Part shown: positions 1 through 10,188 of the stretch, piece after piece
Layout of the letters: each line of letters opens with the position of its first letter
Numbering within the stretch: position 1 is the stretch's first letter
IMG/VR virus record: IMGVR_UViG_3300029953_000001
Length of the DNA: 64,000 bases
DNA from: a virus
Direction: 5' to 3' (one strand)
The notes under the pieces: generated by a model
The model's input: only the letters and a program-made list of their open reading frames with translations
What the model was told of the DNA's origin: nothing
Databases searched by the model: none
Translations under genes and position numbers: made by a program

Positions 1-2
1 CC

Positions 3-2963
3 TCATTTACAGGTCGCTATGCCGACACTCGTCTCACGGTTATCCCGAGTGGAACCACCCGTACTCTTTTGCAACAGTTCTTCAGTCAGGAGGTTCACCA
101 GAACGCATTGATAGGTAACCTTCTGCTCGGTTACTACGACGGCACTGTGGCCCTCAGCCCACCGCAGCCTCTGGGTCAGTGGAGCTTCCACATCACTCCG
201 GGCTCGAACACAACCTCGTACATCCAAGGAACTCTATCCGTCGCATCAACCACAGGAGCCTTCGTCTCATACCTTGCTGAGCCTGTATACAGCCTCCGTG
301 GCGAGTGGTCGCCACAGGTCAAGCGGTACGCCGTGAATGACCGCGTGCGTTATGGCACCACCGACTACATTGTCAACACCGCCCTCACCTACAATTATCT
401 GGGTGCGTGGGTAAGTGAGAATACATACCCTGCTGGTGCCGTAGTTCAATCCGCTCTAGCGACCAACCCGGTGAGTTACGCCTTTTACACCACGATAGAT
501 GGCGTCCCCGTCTCAGTCGTGGCACCTAACCTTAACCCAACAAACTGGACGGCGACACCTACGCCTGACATCGACCCACGCTTCACTCTAGCCCCAACCT
601 CGTGGCCGTTGAAGACGAGTGCCTTGGACGTTGCTACGTTCAACTTGTCCGACGTACCGGGCTTCTACAACACGTTGAATTTTACATGGTTGCGGGGCTC
701 TAAGACACCCTTTGACGACCTGTCGCAGTGGGGTGTGATTGGTGAACAGCAGGGCTCGACTACATCAGGGGCAACCTATGTCTCTAACTTCAACACGCCC
801 CCCATCGTCAAGCTTGTACCCAGCGGCGCGGCTACAGCCTACCGTGCAACCCCTTTGTTTTTCGACGCCAGCGGAACGAATGACGGCGACAGCGACACTG
901 TTGAGTACACATGGACGTACAGCCCACATAACTCCTATGTCAGTTTAACTCCAAATCTGATTATGGGTAACACTGCCACGTTCACTGTGAGCCGTGGCAT
1001 CGGTGGTGCGGCTGAGACCTTCGTTGTAGGGGTTGTTGCGGTGAACTACAACGGTGTAATTCCAGAGCACCCGCCAATGAATATCACCAACATCGCCATC
1101 TCAGGCAACGTGTTGACGGTGACCACGAGTGCTCCGGTCAATCTTGCCCATGGTGAGTCTGTATTCTTGTACAACATCGCTTCGGCCACGTTCCTAAATG
1201 ATGTTCAAGTTGTAGTGTCAGGTACATCGGGCAATAATTTCTCAGCCCCCTTCACCCACGCGTACTACACCGCAGCCGACACTGGAAAGGCGATTGCCAA
1301 TGTCCAATACGGTTTCTGCACGGTTACGGTTCCTTTCAACGCGGTTCCAACGATTGACTTCACCCACGACGGAACCACCCACAACCCCGTCACGCTCCCG
1401 ATTTCGGCGGCTAGAAATTCGGTCGTCACGATTCATCCTACCTACGGAGGAATAAGCGATAACGATGACTCAGTTACGTACTCTTGGACTCAGGTCTCAG
1501 GTACACCGATTCTATCGACTCAGATTCTCAGCGGGGTGACATCCAGCTTCTTGCAGTTTGAGACCAATGGTGCTCCTGTGCAAGGGGACACGATTGTCTG
1601 GTCTCTCACCGTCAGTGATGGTGTGAACACGCCGACCTATGCTACGGTTACAGTCGATGTGGCTCCCTTTGCATTTGTTTTAACCGACACGCTACAACTG
1701 TCTCGTTCCATGTGGAATGGGAACATATCTCAGCGTAACTCAGCGCAAACATGGTCCGCATTGGACGTGTCAACCATATACACCAATTTCAATAACATCA
1801 AACGGAACTCTGTGTTGGACGGCTCCGACCGCTATATTCTCATCTCTCCGGCTTCAGTTACCATCTACGGGGGGGTGAGTCCAAACATTATCCTGTTGCG
1901 AAGGTTGTTTACCCCGAATAGCTCTACTATCGTTGATGCGGTACACACTGAGAACGACTACACACTTGTACTGGACAATGCCAGCAAGCTGTATCGCTAC
2001 TCGACTGCTCCGCTCATCAACACGGACAACCCGGATACAACGATTGACTTGACGATGATTTCCAGCATGATCTTCAACAAGGTCTTCACCACCTTCAGTT
2101 TTGGCAACGTGCGTATTGTAATCCTTACGGGCTCTGAGGGCTGTTTACTGATTCAGCTTCGCAACACCGACTTGCAGTTGCAGGGGGCGCTTGAGCTTAC
2201 GGTAGGGGCTGGGTTGCTCTACGGCGTAGATAACGTGCAGTTTGTTCGTATATCCAATGTAGAGTCCCTGAACACAGGTAAACTCCTTCTTGGTACGATT
2301 GCTGTTGTGTCAGCTAGGGTTACCAGTGTTAACGTCACCGGCAATAGTGTGACCCTTGTGGCGAACAATACCTTCTCTCAGGGTACGGTTGTAACCTTTG
2401 CTGACTTGACTGGTGCTACATTCCTCAACGGGGTAACCGCTTCTGTGGTTTCGGCTACTCCGACTCAATTTGTCATCAGCTTCAAACACGCCGACTACCC
2501 CACTACGACTGAAGGGTCTGACGCTATTGCCAGCACGGGGGGTAGTACATATGAGACTCTCATCGACCTGTCCCATGGTCAAATCATTGGAACGTGGGAT
2601 GCAACCAAACTTCGCAACCAGTTTGTAACAACAGGTGAAATTCTGTTCGAGCCCAACGACACGTACGCGGGACGCCCTGCTGCTCCTGTCATGAACTCAG
2701 TTGTAAACGCGGGAGCGGCAAGCCAGCCGGGTTACGTAAATTTGGGGATAAGCTGGGATGCTGACCGACCTGACCTCATCCAGTCGTACCACTTGGAGAC
2801 ATCATTCGACCAAGTGAACTGGACTGTCAGCTTGGTTAACAGTGGATTTATCGAGAGCGTCATCATCCCCTCGCCTATCGGTCAGCAGTACTACTTCCGG
2901 GTCATTGCCTTATCGGTGGATGGTAACTCTCCCTATTCTAATATTGTGAGCATTAACACGTAA
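3..2963 (+). CDS. Large virion/tail-associated adhesin-like protein (CBM-like, PKD-like and FN3-like domains), 5'-truncated by window edge
   Basis: Frame is open from position 3. T/S/V-rich beta-type sequence. PKD-like motifs FDASGTNDGDSDTVEYTW and TYSWTQVSG..LTVSDG. Two repeats of the type ITNIAISGNVLTV..ATFLN / VTSVNVTGNSVTL..ATFLN. C-terminal FN3-like YYFRVIALSVDGNSPYSN. Confidence 0.7.
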   Translation, partial: SFTGRYADTRLTVIPSGTTRTLLQQFFSQEVHQNALIGNLLLGYYDGTVALSPPQPLGQWSFHITPGSNTTSYIQGTLSVASTTGAFVSYLAEPVYSLRGEWSPQVKRYAVNDRVRYGTTDYIVNTALTYNYLGAWVSENTYPAGAVVQSALATNPVSYAFYTTIDGVPVSVVAPNLNPTNWTATPTPDIDPRFTLAPTSWPLKTSALDVATFNLSDVPGFYNTLNFTWLRGSKTPFDDLSQWGVIGEQQGSTTSGATYVSNFNTPPIVKLVPSGAATAYRATPLFFDASGTNDGDSDTVEYTWTYSPHNSYVSLTPNLIMGNTATFTVSRGIGGAAETFVVGVVAVNYNGVIPEHPPMNITNIAISGNVLTVTTSAPVNLAHGESVFLYNIASATFLNDVQVVVSGTSGNNFSAPFTHAYYTAADTGKAIANVQYGFCTVTVPFNAVPTIDFTHDGTTHNPVTLPISAARNSVVTIHPTYGGISDNDDSVTYSWTQVSGTPILSTQILSGVTSSFLQFETNGAPVQGDTIVWSLTVSDGVNTPTYATVTVDVAPFAFVLTDTLQLSRSMWNGNISQRNSAQTWSALDVSTIYTNFNNIKRNSVLDGSDRYILISPASVTIYGGVSPNIILLRRLFTPNSSTIVDAVHTENDYTLVLDNASKLYRYSTAPLINTDNPDTTIDLTMISSMIFNKVFTTFSFGNVRIVILTGSEGCLLIQLRNTDLQLQGALELTVGAGLLYGVDNVQFVRISNVESLNTGKLLLGTIAVVSARVTSVNVTGNSVTLVANNTFSQGTVVTFADLTGATFLNGVTASVVSATPTQFVISFKHADYPTTTEGSDAIASTGGSTYETLIDLSHGQIIGTWDATKLRNQFVTTGEILFEPNDTYAGRPAAPVMNSVVNAGAASQPGYVNLGISWDADRPDLIQSYHLETSFDQVNWTVSLVNSGFIESVIIPSPIGQQYYFRVIALSVDGNSPYSNIVSINT

Positions 2964-2981
2964 ATTTGGGTACTTGATTCT

Positions 2982-4007
2982 ATGTTGATTGATAAGGGGG
3001 ACCTGCTCAAGGTTCTCCGCGTGCTATCTGGATTCGATACTCACGCTTGTCCGTTCCTTGGTGTTCAATTCCCACAGGACGACAAGCCGCAGTTCCATCG
3101 CTCCAGTACGTTCGGTTTTCTTCAGACAATCAACTTCGATACTGCTCAACCCCACATCTTCGCATCGCTGATGAATCTGAAAGACCTGCTCGGTGTGTCC
3201 TCTGACGCCATGGACATGGGCGTGGACTTCTTCGGGAAGCTCAAGTTGGAATCCCCAGACGGAGTACGCTTGCAGATTCACACCGTGAGGAACGACGCTG
3301 CCGGGTTCAAGCCTCACTACGTAGGTGACCCCGGTCGATACCGTTACGCTGGCAACACCTTCGATGGCTTCGACATACGGTCATTCAAGGCTCTGTCAGC
3401 TCCCCCCGCGATGGCGGAGGGTAGACTACTCATATGTACAGTTGCGGGGGTCGCCATCTGGACATCGGACACCATCAATGAGATTACCAAAACCAGAGGC
3501 AGCAACACCCTCGCCATACAGCCCCGTGAGGCGTTCCTGCGGTTCGTAGCTGGGGGTGGTGTCAAGGAAGTTCTTGTGAGCCAGCAAGGCTACTGGCTGG
3601 CGGAAAAAGACGGGCTCCTGTGTGCCATGACCATGCATAGTACCCCCACAAACCTGCTGACCGTATACCAGCAGCCCGGTACCGAGTTGACCCGCTTCCA
3701 TGCTCCCCGGCTCCTCGCATCCCTCGCTCACGTGGCCTCCTTGTCAGCGGAAACCGACCGCGTGGAACTCAACCCTCGCGAAGGTATAGTCTGCCGGGAC
3801 AAGTACAGTAACCCTCAAGTGTTTCCCCATGGAGCCCAGACCAACTCGTGGCCGAAGGCTGCGGTGTTCGGTCGGACGGCCAAGTTTATTGTGGATGCTT
3901 TGAACCAAACAAATGAGGAAATAGGGGTATTGTATAGTGTGCCCTTACGGAATGCTACCTATCGCATAGTCCGTGGGCCTATCGAAGTTAACTTTGGATT
4001 GGTGTAA
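2982..4007 (+). CDS. Hypothetical protein, possibly a divergent DNA sliding clamp (beta-clamp-like)
   Basis: 341 aa. N-terminus MLIDKGDLLKVLRVLSG resembles DnaN starts. Lies near Rad50 and primase genes, and a DnaX clamp loader is present. Weak similarity only. Confidence 0.3.
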   Translation: MLIDKGDLLKVLRVLSGFDTHACPFLGVQFPQDDKPQFHRSSTFGFLQTINFDTAQPHIFASLMNLKDLLGVSSDAMDMGVDFFGKLKLESPDGVRLQIHTVRNDAAGFKPHYVGDPGRYRYAGNTFDGFDIRSFKALSAPPAMAEGRLLICTVAGVAIWTSDTINEITKTRGSNTLAIQPREAFLRFVAGGGVKEVLVSQQGYWLAEKDGLLCAMTMHSTPTNLLTVYQQPGTELTRFHAPRLLASLAHVASLSAETDRVELNPREGIVCRDKYSNPQVFPHGAQTNSWPKAAVFGRTAKFIVDALNQTNEEIGVLYSVPLRNATYRIVRGPIEVNFGLV

Positions 4008-4390
4008 TGACTGAGTACAGCGAAGAGCGGACGCAGGAGAGTGAAGCTGGGAAAGCGAAGACGCTTGATTCCTACGCTAAGGAGACAGCGGATGAGAAGG
4101 AGCTTCTGTTTCTCCTAGAAAACCTTACCCTCTCTGGTATGCTGAAGTGGAAGCGTATCTGGAACCCATTCAACTCTTACAAGTACAAGACGAAGGTCGG
4201 CCCGTTCAAGTTTAGAATCTGGTTCCCCCGTTACTGTAAGTATGTTTACGTCAATATCTCGGATGGGATGACGCTTGAAAAGTTGAGTATTCAGAGTGAT
4301 GCACTGCGACTTTATTTTTCTAGGAAGCGTGCGGTAGCTCCTACCTCTGAAGAAGTAATCTCAGCCTTGAGGGAGTTACTCATACCATGA
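4007..4390 (+). CDS. Hypothetical protein
   Basis: 127-aa ORF coupled to the previous gene by TAATG. Confidence 0.6.
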   Translation: MTEYSEERTQESEAGKAKTLDSYAKETADEKELLFLLENLTLSGMLKWKRIWNPFNSYKYKTKVGPFKFRIWFPRYCKYVYVNISDGMTLEKLSIQSDALRLYFSRKRAVAPTSEEVISALRELLIP

Positions 4391-4439
4391 GACCCTCTGG
4401 ACGAACCCATCTCAACCCTAATCGAATTATAGGAGCCCT

Positions 4440-4655
4440 ATGACAGACGCAATTGAAACCACCACCGAGAAGTCCCCGAAGGCAAAGAAGGTATTCTCCC
4501 CCCTAACCCGAACATGGGCACTCGGCTCCTGCAACAGCCGCGACTTGGTTGCTCTTCTCAACAAGCTGTCCGCTGAAGGCAGTGAGATTTTCAGCGTCAA
4601 TGCCAACGTCAACGTCGGCGGCATGTTCGAGATTCTCTCCTACACTGATAAGTAA
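4440..4655 (+). CDS. Small hypothetical protein
   Basis: AGGAG SD; TAATG coupling to the next gene. Confidence 0.65.
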   Translation: MTDAIETTTEKSPKAKKVFSPLTRTWALGSCNSRDLVALLNKLSAEGSEIFSVNANVNVGGMFEILSYTDK

Positions 4656-5311
4656 TGGAACAGACCCTCTCCAATCGCATTGCGGTCTTCCGCAATGGGC
4701 GGGTTCGCGTCGAACAGCAGCTAGAGAATGAACGGCGTACCATCACTCGCCTCACCACTCGCATTGACCAAATCAAGGAAGAGTCAATCGAGCTTGCCAA
4801 AGCTGTGTCTCTGCTCGACCGTTGCATTGAAGTGGTATCAATTAATGGAATCGGCAAGATTGAATCCATTGTCTCTGCCGGTCTACGCAAGGTGTTCAAG
4901 GACAACACGCTTGGTCTGGTGGTGGAGAAGAAGGAGACGGCTCGTGGCTACTCCTATCGTCTGCTCATCAAACAAGGGGATACCTTGGGAAACCCCATGG
5001 ACTCCTTCGGTGGGGGCGTGCAGAATGTGACCGCCTTCCTCCTAAGAGTCATTTTGATTAAAAGGTTCAAGCTATCAAAAGCGATTTTTTTGGACGAGAG
5101 CTTTAGTAATGTATCCTCCGAATTCCTCCCCCAAGTTTCTAACATGCTGAGGACTCTCGTCGATAATAATGGGTTTACTATACTTACGGTATCTCATCAA
5201 CCATTAATCACCGCCTGTGCAGATAAGGTTTACAGGGTTCAAGAAACTCCAAAGGACGGCCCCCTACTTGTAGAAGGTAACGTCGATGAAGAGGTCCTCG
5301 ATGCAGGTTAG
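4655..5311 (+). CDS. SbcC/Rad50-like ABC ATPase, C-terminal half (split gene)
   Basis: N-terminal coiled coil, signature DSFGGGVQN, Walker B/D-loop IFLDESFSNV, H-loop VSHQ. No Walker A. Confidence 0.85.
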   Translation: MEQTLSNRIAVFRNGRVRVEQQLENERRTITRLTTRIDQIKEESIELAKAVSLLDRCIEVVSINGIGKIESIVSAGLRKVFKDNTLGLVVEKKETARGYSYRLLIKQGDTLGNPMDSFGGGVQNVTAFLLRVILIKRFKLSKAIFLDESFSNVSSEFLPQVSNMLRTLVDNNGFTILTVSHQPLITACADKVYRVQETPKDGPLLVEGNVDEEVLDAG

Positions 5312-5705
5312 TTGGATTATAAAATCACCAGAAGAAATATGGGACAAATGTCGGGAATTAGTTAAACGGCATAGGCGCAGGTTCCTACAAAGCAACTCGC
5401 GCCCGTGTCCTTGGAACTGCACCAAAGCGGTGCTTTCTTCAAAGCACGAGGTCACCGGATGCCGGGGATGTGGTTCTAGGAACCCTGAATTCTGCAAAAA
5501 TACTGGATTATTCAGTCCTCTTTTTACAAAGGAGGAATTGGTTCACCAATTCAAAGAGAAATTAAAAGACCCTCAAGTGTTACTCCAAGAGTACCGAGAT
5601 TTGGTAGTTTTTTTTTGGTGCTTAAATATATTTGACATGAAAACCCTAGATGAGGGGAAAATTTCAAATATGGAAAAGGGTCTAAATGGAAAAGAAAAGA
5701 GCTAG
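5286..5705 (+). CDS. Cys-rich hypothetical protein
   Basis: CPWNC and CRGC motifs; co-oriented with neighbours. Confidence 0.55.
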   Translation: MKRSSMQVSWIIKSPEEIWDKCRELVKRHRRRFLQSNSRPCPWNCTKAVLSSKHEVTGCRGCGSRNPEFCKNTGLFSPLFTKEELVHQFKEKLKDPQVLLQEYRDLVVFFWCLNIFDMKTLDEGKISNMEKGLNGKEKS

Positions 5706-5770
5706 TAGGTCTATCCCTCATCGGTTCTAAGTCTATGTGCCAATTGTGGAAGTACAGAAAGGCGGCTTAG

Positions 5771-6523
5771 ATGGCAGCTAAGCCGTGGTGGGAAGTCGAT
5801 GTGCCGAGAATCATCAAGGAGACTGATGACTTCTACACTCGCGTCGAAGCGGTAGCTCCTTCCAAGAACAAGCTCACCCTCACCAAGAAAAAAATTATGG
5901 AGATTCGCTCATGGGCACCTACACTCCGAATGTACGATGCTCACTTTGAATCCGTACTCAAGCAACTTGGTTTCTTCTACGTACCGAACAGAGTAGTCCC
6001 CGGTCCCGCGTTCGTCTTCCCCATCCGGGACACTGAGGGCAAGTTTAGTTCGGCACAAACTAAGCCGCTAGAGGGCAGTGCATATGGTACCGGCTCCAAG
6101 TACCGGAACATAGGGGAGAAGCTGTTCTGCCCCCGCTGGCTGGGTAATGACCACGCCACACTCAAGAGAATTATTGAACTTCAAAAGGTCATTGTGGTGG
6201 AAGGTCCGTTCGACCTTCTGGCCGCTCGGCTGCTCTGTCCCGACGTTCCAATCATGTCCCCGCTCACTAAACTGTTGGGGAAGAACCACATCGCATACCT
6301 TCGGATGCTAGGGGTCAAAGACCTCGTGCTTATGTACGACAATGAAGTGAGCAGCAGGGAGGGGGAGGATGGTGCTGGAAATATGTCCATGGAGCAACAG
6401 GCCAAGTTCATCAAGACCATGCACGTCACCTCGATCCTAGCTCCAGCACCCGACCCCAGTGATTGCTTGAAAGTCCCCGATTATGCTGTAAAATTGAAGG
6501 CATACATTATGGCCGAGGTCTAG
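5771..6523 (+). CDS. DnaG-like Toprim primase catalytic core
   Basis: FPIRD..G, SKYRN, Toprim VVEGPFD and YDNE, DPSD. No N-terminal Zn finger. Confidence 0.8.
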   Translation: MAAKPWWEVDVPRIIKETDDFYTRVEAVAPSKNKLTLTKKKIMEIRSWAPTLRMYDAHFESVLKQLGFFYVPNRVVPGPAFVFPIRDTEGKFSSAQTKPLEGSAYGTGSKYRNIGEKLFCPRWLGNDHATLKRIIELQKVIVVEGPFDLLAARLLCPDVPIMSPLTKLLGKNHIAYLRMLGVKDLVLMYDNEVSSREGEDGAGNMSMEQQAKFIKTMHVTSILAPAPDPSDCLKVPDYAVKLKAYIMAEV

Positions 6524-6534
6524 TATTAGGTAGC

Positions 6535-6702
6535 ATGGATGCCCTGACCACACTACTCGAATCCGATGGTTGGACAGTAGAGTGTGAGTCCCCGCTGGAG
6601 ATTCGCCATGCTGAGACTGAGTCTTTCGCTAGTGGCTGGGCGGCTAAGCTTATCTTTGAACACTATCAAGTAATGGGCGCAAGAATTTGGAATGAGGATT
6701 GA
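6535..6702 (+). CDS. Small hypothetical protein (leaderless start)
   Basis: GTATTA-N6-ATG; begins MDALTTLLESDGWTVECESPLEIRH. Confidence 0.6.
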   Translation: MDALTTLLESDGWTVECESPLEIRHAETESFASGWAAKLIFEHYQVMGARIWNED

Positions 6703-6939
6703 ATGACTGCTAGGAAATTTGAATACAGGGAACCAACCGAATCCAACCCGACACATCTGCCCAACGAGTTCACCATCACGGTGAGCGTTGACAAGGTTCG
6801 GAACCTCGGCGTCAAGGTACTGAAGACCACAGACTTTGCCTCCCCACAGGCGGAAGCCTTCTTGATGCTGTATGGTGGTGCTCTGCAAGATAAGTTGAAC
6901 CTCACCATCAAAGACTTTGTAACAGAAAAGTTGGTGTAA
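6703..6939 (+). CDS. Hypothetical protein
   Basis: GAGGA SD; 78 aa. Confidence 0.6.
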   Translation: MTARKFEYREPTESNPTHLPNEFTITVSVDKVRNLGVKVLKTTDFASPQAEAFLMLYGGALQDKLNLTIKDFVTEKLV

Positions 6940-6941
6940 TC

Positions 6942-7229
6942 ATGGCAAAGACCGAGGCAGCATCGCCCGACCTCATCGCAATAGAACCCTATGACGGGGA
7001 GACCCAACTTCTGGTTGTTCAGGTCTACCTTGACAATGGGGTAGTCTATGAGTACGATGTCAAGGGTGCCCACAAGGCTCGTGAGCACGCATGTGCTATC
7101 ATTGTAGGCGGCTATCGCCACAACGATGGTGCTGGAGAGTTCGAACACTACCCGCCTCATCGTGTGGCAAAGGTAAAAGTTGTTGGAGTCATCCCCACCA
7201 AGTACCCAGACCGGGTGTCAGGAACATAA
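6942..7229 (+). CDS. Hypothetical protein
   Basis: 95 aa; TAATG coupling to the next gene. Confidence 0.65.
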   Translation: MAKTEAASPDLIAIEPYDGETQLLVVQVYLDNGVVYEYDVKGAHKAREHACAIIVGGYRHNDGAGEFEHYPPHRVAKVKVVGVIPTKYPDRVSGT

Positions 7230-8461
7230 TGCCAAACGCTGACTGCTGCGACATCTGCGGCGAGACATATCACAGAAGCGAGAACTGTGGTCGCATTGTT
7301 CCTCGCGACCGAGTGTTCGGTTCTGTATTCGGCCAAGCTATCGGCGATGCCATCGGACATCCTATCGAGTTCATCGAAGCTGGCACCGATGCCAAGCAAG
7401 TTTCCGGCCTACTCGATGACAACAGGTTCACCGACGACACCCAGATGTTCTGTGCCATCGGCGAAGCTATGTTGGACTCCCCGCCTCACAAGGGTGAAGA
7501 GGAGTTCATGGTTGCCCTCGGAAAGCGGTTCGTTGACTGGCGTCACAACCCCCTTGGCGGCTCACACCGGGCTCCGGGCGGTAACTGCATGGAAGCTGTC
7601 CGTAAGCTGGGCACCGGCATGTCATGGCGTGAGACAGGCGGTAAGGATTTCAAGGGCAACGGCACTGCTATGCGTTCGGGTGTTGTTGGATGCGTGTACT
7701 GGAGAACCCCGGAGCTTGCCTTCCGCATCGGCTGTCTGACCAGCGTCTGCACTCACAACAACCTTGAAGCTATTCTTGCTGCTGGTACAGTGGCCTACCT
7801 CGTGGCTGCTCAAATCGGAGGGACCAGCTTTGCGGAGGCCGTGGCAAACGCTCTCCTACTGTGTGCTGACTTCGACAACCCGATGCGGGTTCCCAGTTAT
7901 CCACAGGATGTCAAGATTGGGTCGGGTTACCACAACCAGAACCCATGGTACACTGTGGCACGTTTTGGAGCCGCCTATGCACTGGGCACTGATAACGCAC
8001 CCATTCACGCCGCTATCGCCGCTCTCGAAGACCCCACCAGCATTGTCAAGGATGGTGCTGCCGTACCTGCCGTCGCAGAAGCTATCTTCTTCAACGCCCG
8101 GTTCGAGAGGTACCGTGACATTGTGATTGAAGCTGCCAATAACAGCGACGACACCGACACCATCGCTGCCATCTCAGGGACTATTGCCGGGGCACGAGTA
8201 GGCTTCAAAAACATCAACAAGCATTGGACAAAGAAGATTGAGTTGGCGGAGTACCTGACTGACCTCGCTACCCGTCTGTGGGAGTTGTCGGAAGTCTACG
8301 GTCGGGAGGTTCCTGTGCTTGTCCCCCACAATGCAGTGAACATGGCGAACACCGAAGATGTTGACACCCTGCTCGACACCGATGACGCTGAAATTGAAGG
8401 TGAAGAATTGCACACCATCCTCAGTAGTGAGGATGAGGAAGAATACGAGGTAGAGTTCTAA
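7229..8461 (+). CDS. ADP-ribosylglycohydrolase (DraG/ARH family)
   Basis: Motifs AIGDAIG, FTDDTQM, GNGTAMR, TH, DTDTIAAISGTIAGA; acidic tail. Start taken at ATG 7229. Confidence 0.92.
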   Translation: MPNADCCDICGETYHRSENCGRIVPRDRVFGSVFGQAIGDAIGHPIEFIEAGTDAKQVSGLLDDNRFTDDTQMFCAIGEAMLDSPPHKGEEEFMVALGKRFVDWRHNPLGGSHRAPGGNCMEAVRKLGTGMSWRETGGKDFKGNGTAMRSGVVGCVYWRTPELAFRIGCLTSVCTHNNLEAILAAGTVAYLVAAQIGGTSFAEAVANALLLCADFDNPMRVPSYPQDVKIGSGYHNQNPWYTVARFGAAYALGTDNAPIHAAIAALEDPTSIVKDGAAVPAVAEAIFFNARFERYRDIVIEAANNSDDTDTIAAISGTIAGARVGFKNINKHWTKKIELAEYLTDLATRLWELSEVYGREVPVLVPHNAVNMANTEDVDTLLDTDDAEIEGEELHTILSSEDEEEYEVEF

Positions 8462-8697
8462 TGGATAAAGTGTATGATGGTGAGTTCAAGTTCCGTAAGG
8501 TAGAGCGTGAGACTCCTGAGGGCTGGGAGAACATCGCGTTCAGTGACTTGAAGGTGAGCGACCGCTTCAAGTTGTATGACGATGACACCGTTGCAGACCC
8601 TCTCGAAGATGGTTCGAGGGTGTACGTGGCTACGAGCGCAGCGTATCCTTGTCCGCCCCCTGAAGGAAATTACGGCATCGAGTTCCAAGACGCCTAA
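8461..8697 (+). CDS. Hypothetical protein
   Basis: 78 aa; TAATG coupling. Confidence 0.6.
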   Translation: MDKVYDGEFKFRKVERETPEGWENIAFSDLKVSDRFKLYDDDTVADPLEDGSRVYVATSAAYPCPPPEGNYGIEFQDA

Positions 8698-8729
8698 ACC
8701 CAGTATTACAGTAGAGAGGATTACATAAC

Positions 8730-10043
8730 ATGCTATTTGGACGTGGACAGTGGGCAGTGTTCGGTATCGAAGCGAACACGATTGAGAAGTTTCAGAAGGC
8801 TCTCTCCGACCCCATCACCGTATTCGAAGTGTCGCAACTCGCGGCGTCAATCACCACCAAGTTTCAGGACAGGCCCCAGACGGGCATCAATCCCTTCGGC
8901 AATCCCCGGCTCGATGAGAAGCTGACGGATACCGAAGTCATTTCCGAAATCAGCGAACTGCTCAAGCAGATGGACGACGACCCGGACTACCTCGTGTCGG
9001 AAGCCGACATCACGCTGGTCAAGAACAACCTCCAGTTCATCGGCGGGGAGGAAGACTACTCTCTCGGAAACAGCAAGTACGGTTTCTGGATGGTATCAAA
9101 CGAGTACGAAGACCCGACCGACCCCAACTCCAAGAAGGAACAGATTTCCTACTCGGACATCGAGCGTCCCTTCAAGTTCCTGAACAAGGATGAGAAGAAG
9201 GGTGTCGAAGAGCGTGTCGCCGCAACCTCCATCCTGAACCGCAGCCAGTTCCCTGTCATGGTGGACTTCCAGCATGGTCGCGTCTACGTTGCATCCTCGA
9301 ACGTGGATGAGGTCACCGCTGTCGGCGAACTCCTCGTGAAGCTCGGTGCGAAGACCTTCCCGTTGGTTTGGGACTTCGGCTCTTCCAACTGGCCGACTCA
9401 GTTCCTCAACACAGTCTCCAAGGAGACTCACTTCTCGGGCGAGATGAAGGAACGTGCAGAGCAGCTTGCCAAGCTCCCGGCTGACCTGATTGAGAAGCTC
9501 GAAGACAAGCAGATGGAGAAGATTGTCAACACCTTCTTCGCCCTCGCCAAGCTGGACAGCGAAGTGTGGGTTGGTCTTACGACCCCTGCGAAGATTCGCA
9601 TCCATAAGCCGATTGACGCGGTAGGTGTATCAAACCCGTCCGTCGCCTTCTCCCTGCTCAACATGTCGAACGACGCCGAAGTGGCGACCGCCAGCGTGGT
9701 GTTTCAGGAAGTCATCATCAAGCAGACCAAGCTCGGTGAGAAGCTCTACCGCAACGACTTGTTCACCATCGACATCAACGACAACGTGAACCTTCAGGAA
9801 GCCGGGGCCGCTATGCTCCGGGGCTTCGACCTGCCCCAGTTCAAGCGGGAAGTGAAGACCACCATCAAGGCCAAGGGTCGCATGTCCGTTCGCGATTTTT
9901 GGTCTATGTGGTTACAGGGGGTACATGATTCAGTTTTGGGGTTCATTGACAACGTAACAGATGCCCTTGGACTGGATAAGGATAAGTGTGGTCTTTTGGT
10001 TCCCGACTACACGGTACAGGATGAAGTAGAAGTGGATGAGTAA
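8730..10043 (+). CDS. RdgC-like recombination-associated protein (putative)
   Basis: Segment NKDEKKGVEERVAATSILNRSQFPVMVDFQHGRVYVASSNVDEVTAVGELLVKLGAKTFPL resembles the RdgC core as recalled. Strong codon bias. Confidence 0.45.
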   Translation: MLFGRGQWAVFGIEANTIEKFQKALSDPITVFEVSQLAASITTKFQDRPQTGINPFGNPRLDEKLTDTEVISEISELLKQMDDDPDYLVSEADITLVKNNLQFIGGEEDYSLGNSKYGFWMVSNEYEDPTDPNSKKEQISYSDIERPFKFLNKDEKKGVEERVAATSILNRSQFPVMVDFQHGRVYVASSNVDEVTAVGELLVKLGAKTFPLVWDFGSSNWPTQFLNTVSKETHFSGEMKERAEQLAKLPADLIEKLEDKQMEKIVNTFFALAKLDSEVWVGLTTPAKIRIHKPIDAVGVSNPSVAFSLLNMSNDAEVATASVVFQEVIIKQTKLGEKLYRNDLFTIDINDNVNLQEAGAAMLRGFDLPQFKREVKTTIKAKGRMSVRDFWSMWLQGVHDSVLGFIDNVTDALGLDKDKCGLLVPDYTVQDEVEVDE

Positions 10044-10188
10044 ATTTTTAAACTACGTCAAGACGGTCGATACCGTTGTAAACAAAACTCTCCCCTGATT
10101 GAGCCCTACTAATATTGGAAGGAAGAGCACCTGTGTAATAACAATTTTATTCAGATGTGCCGTATTATTTCAGAGAGGTGTTGTTGAA

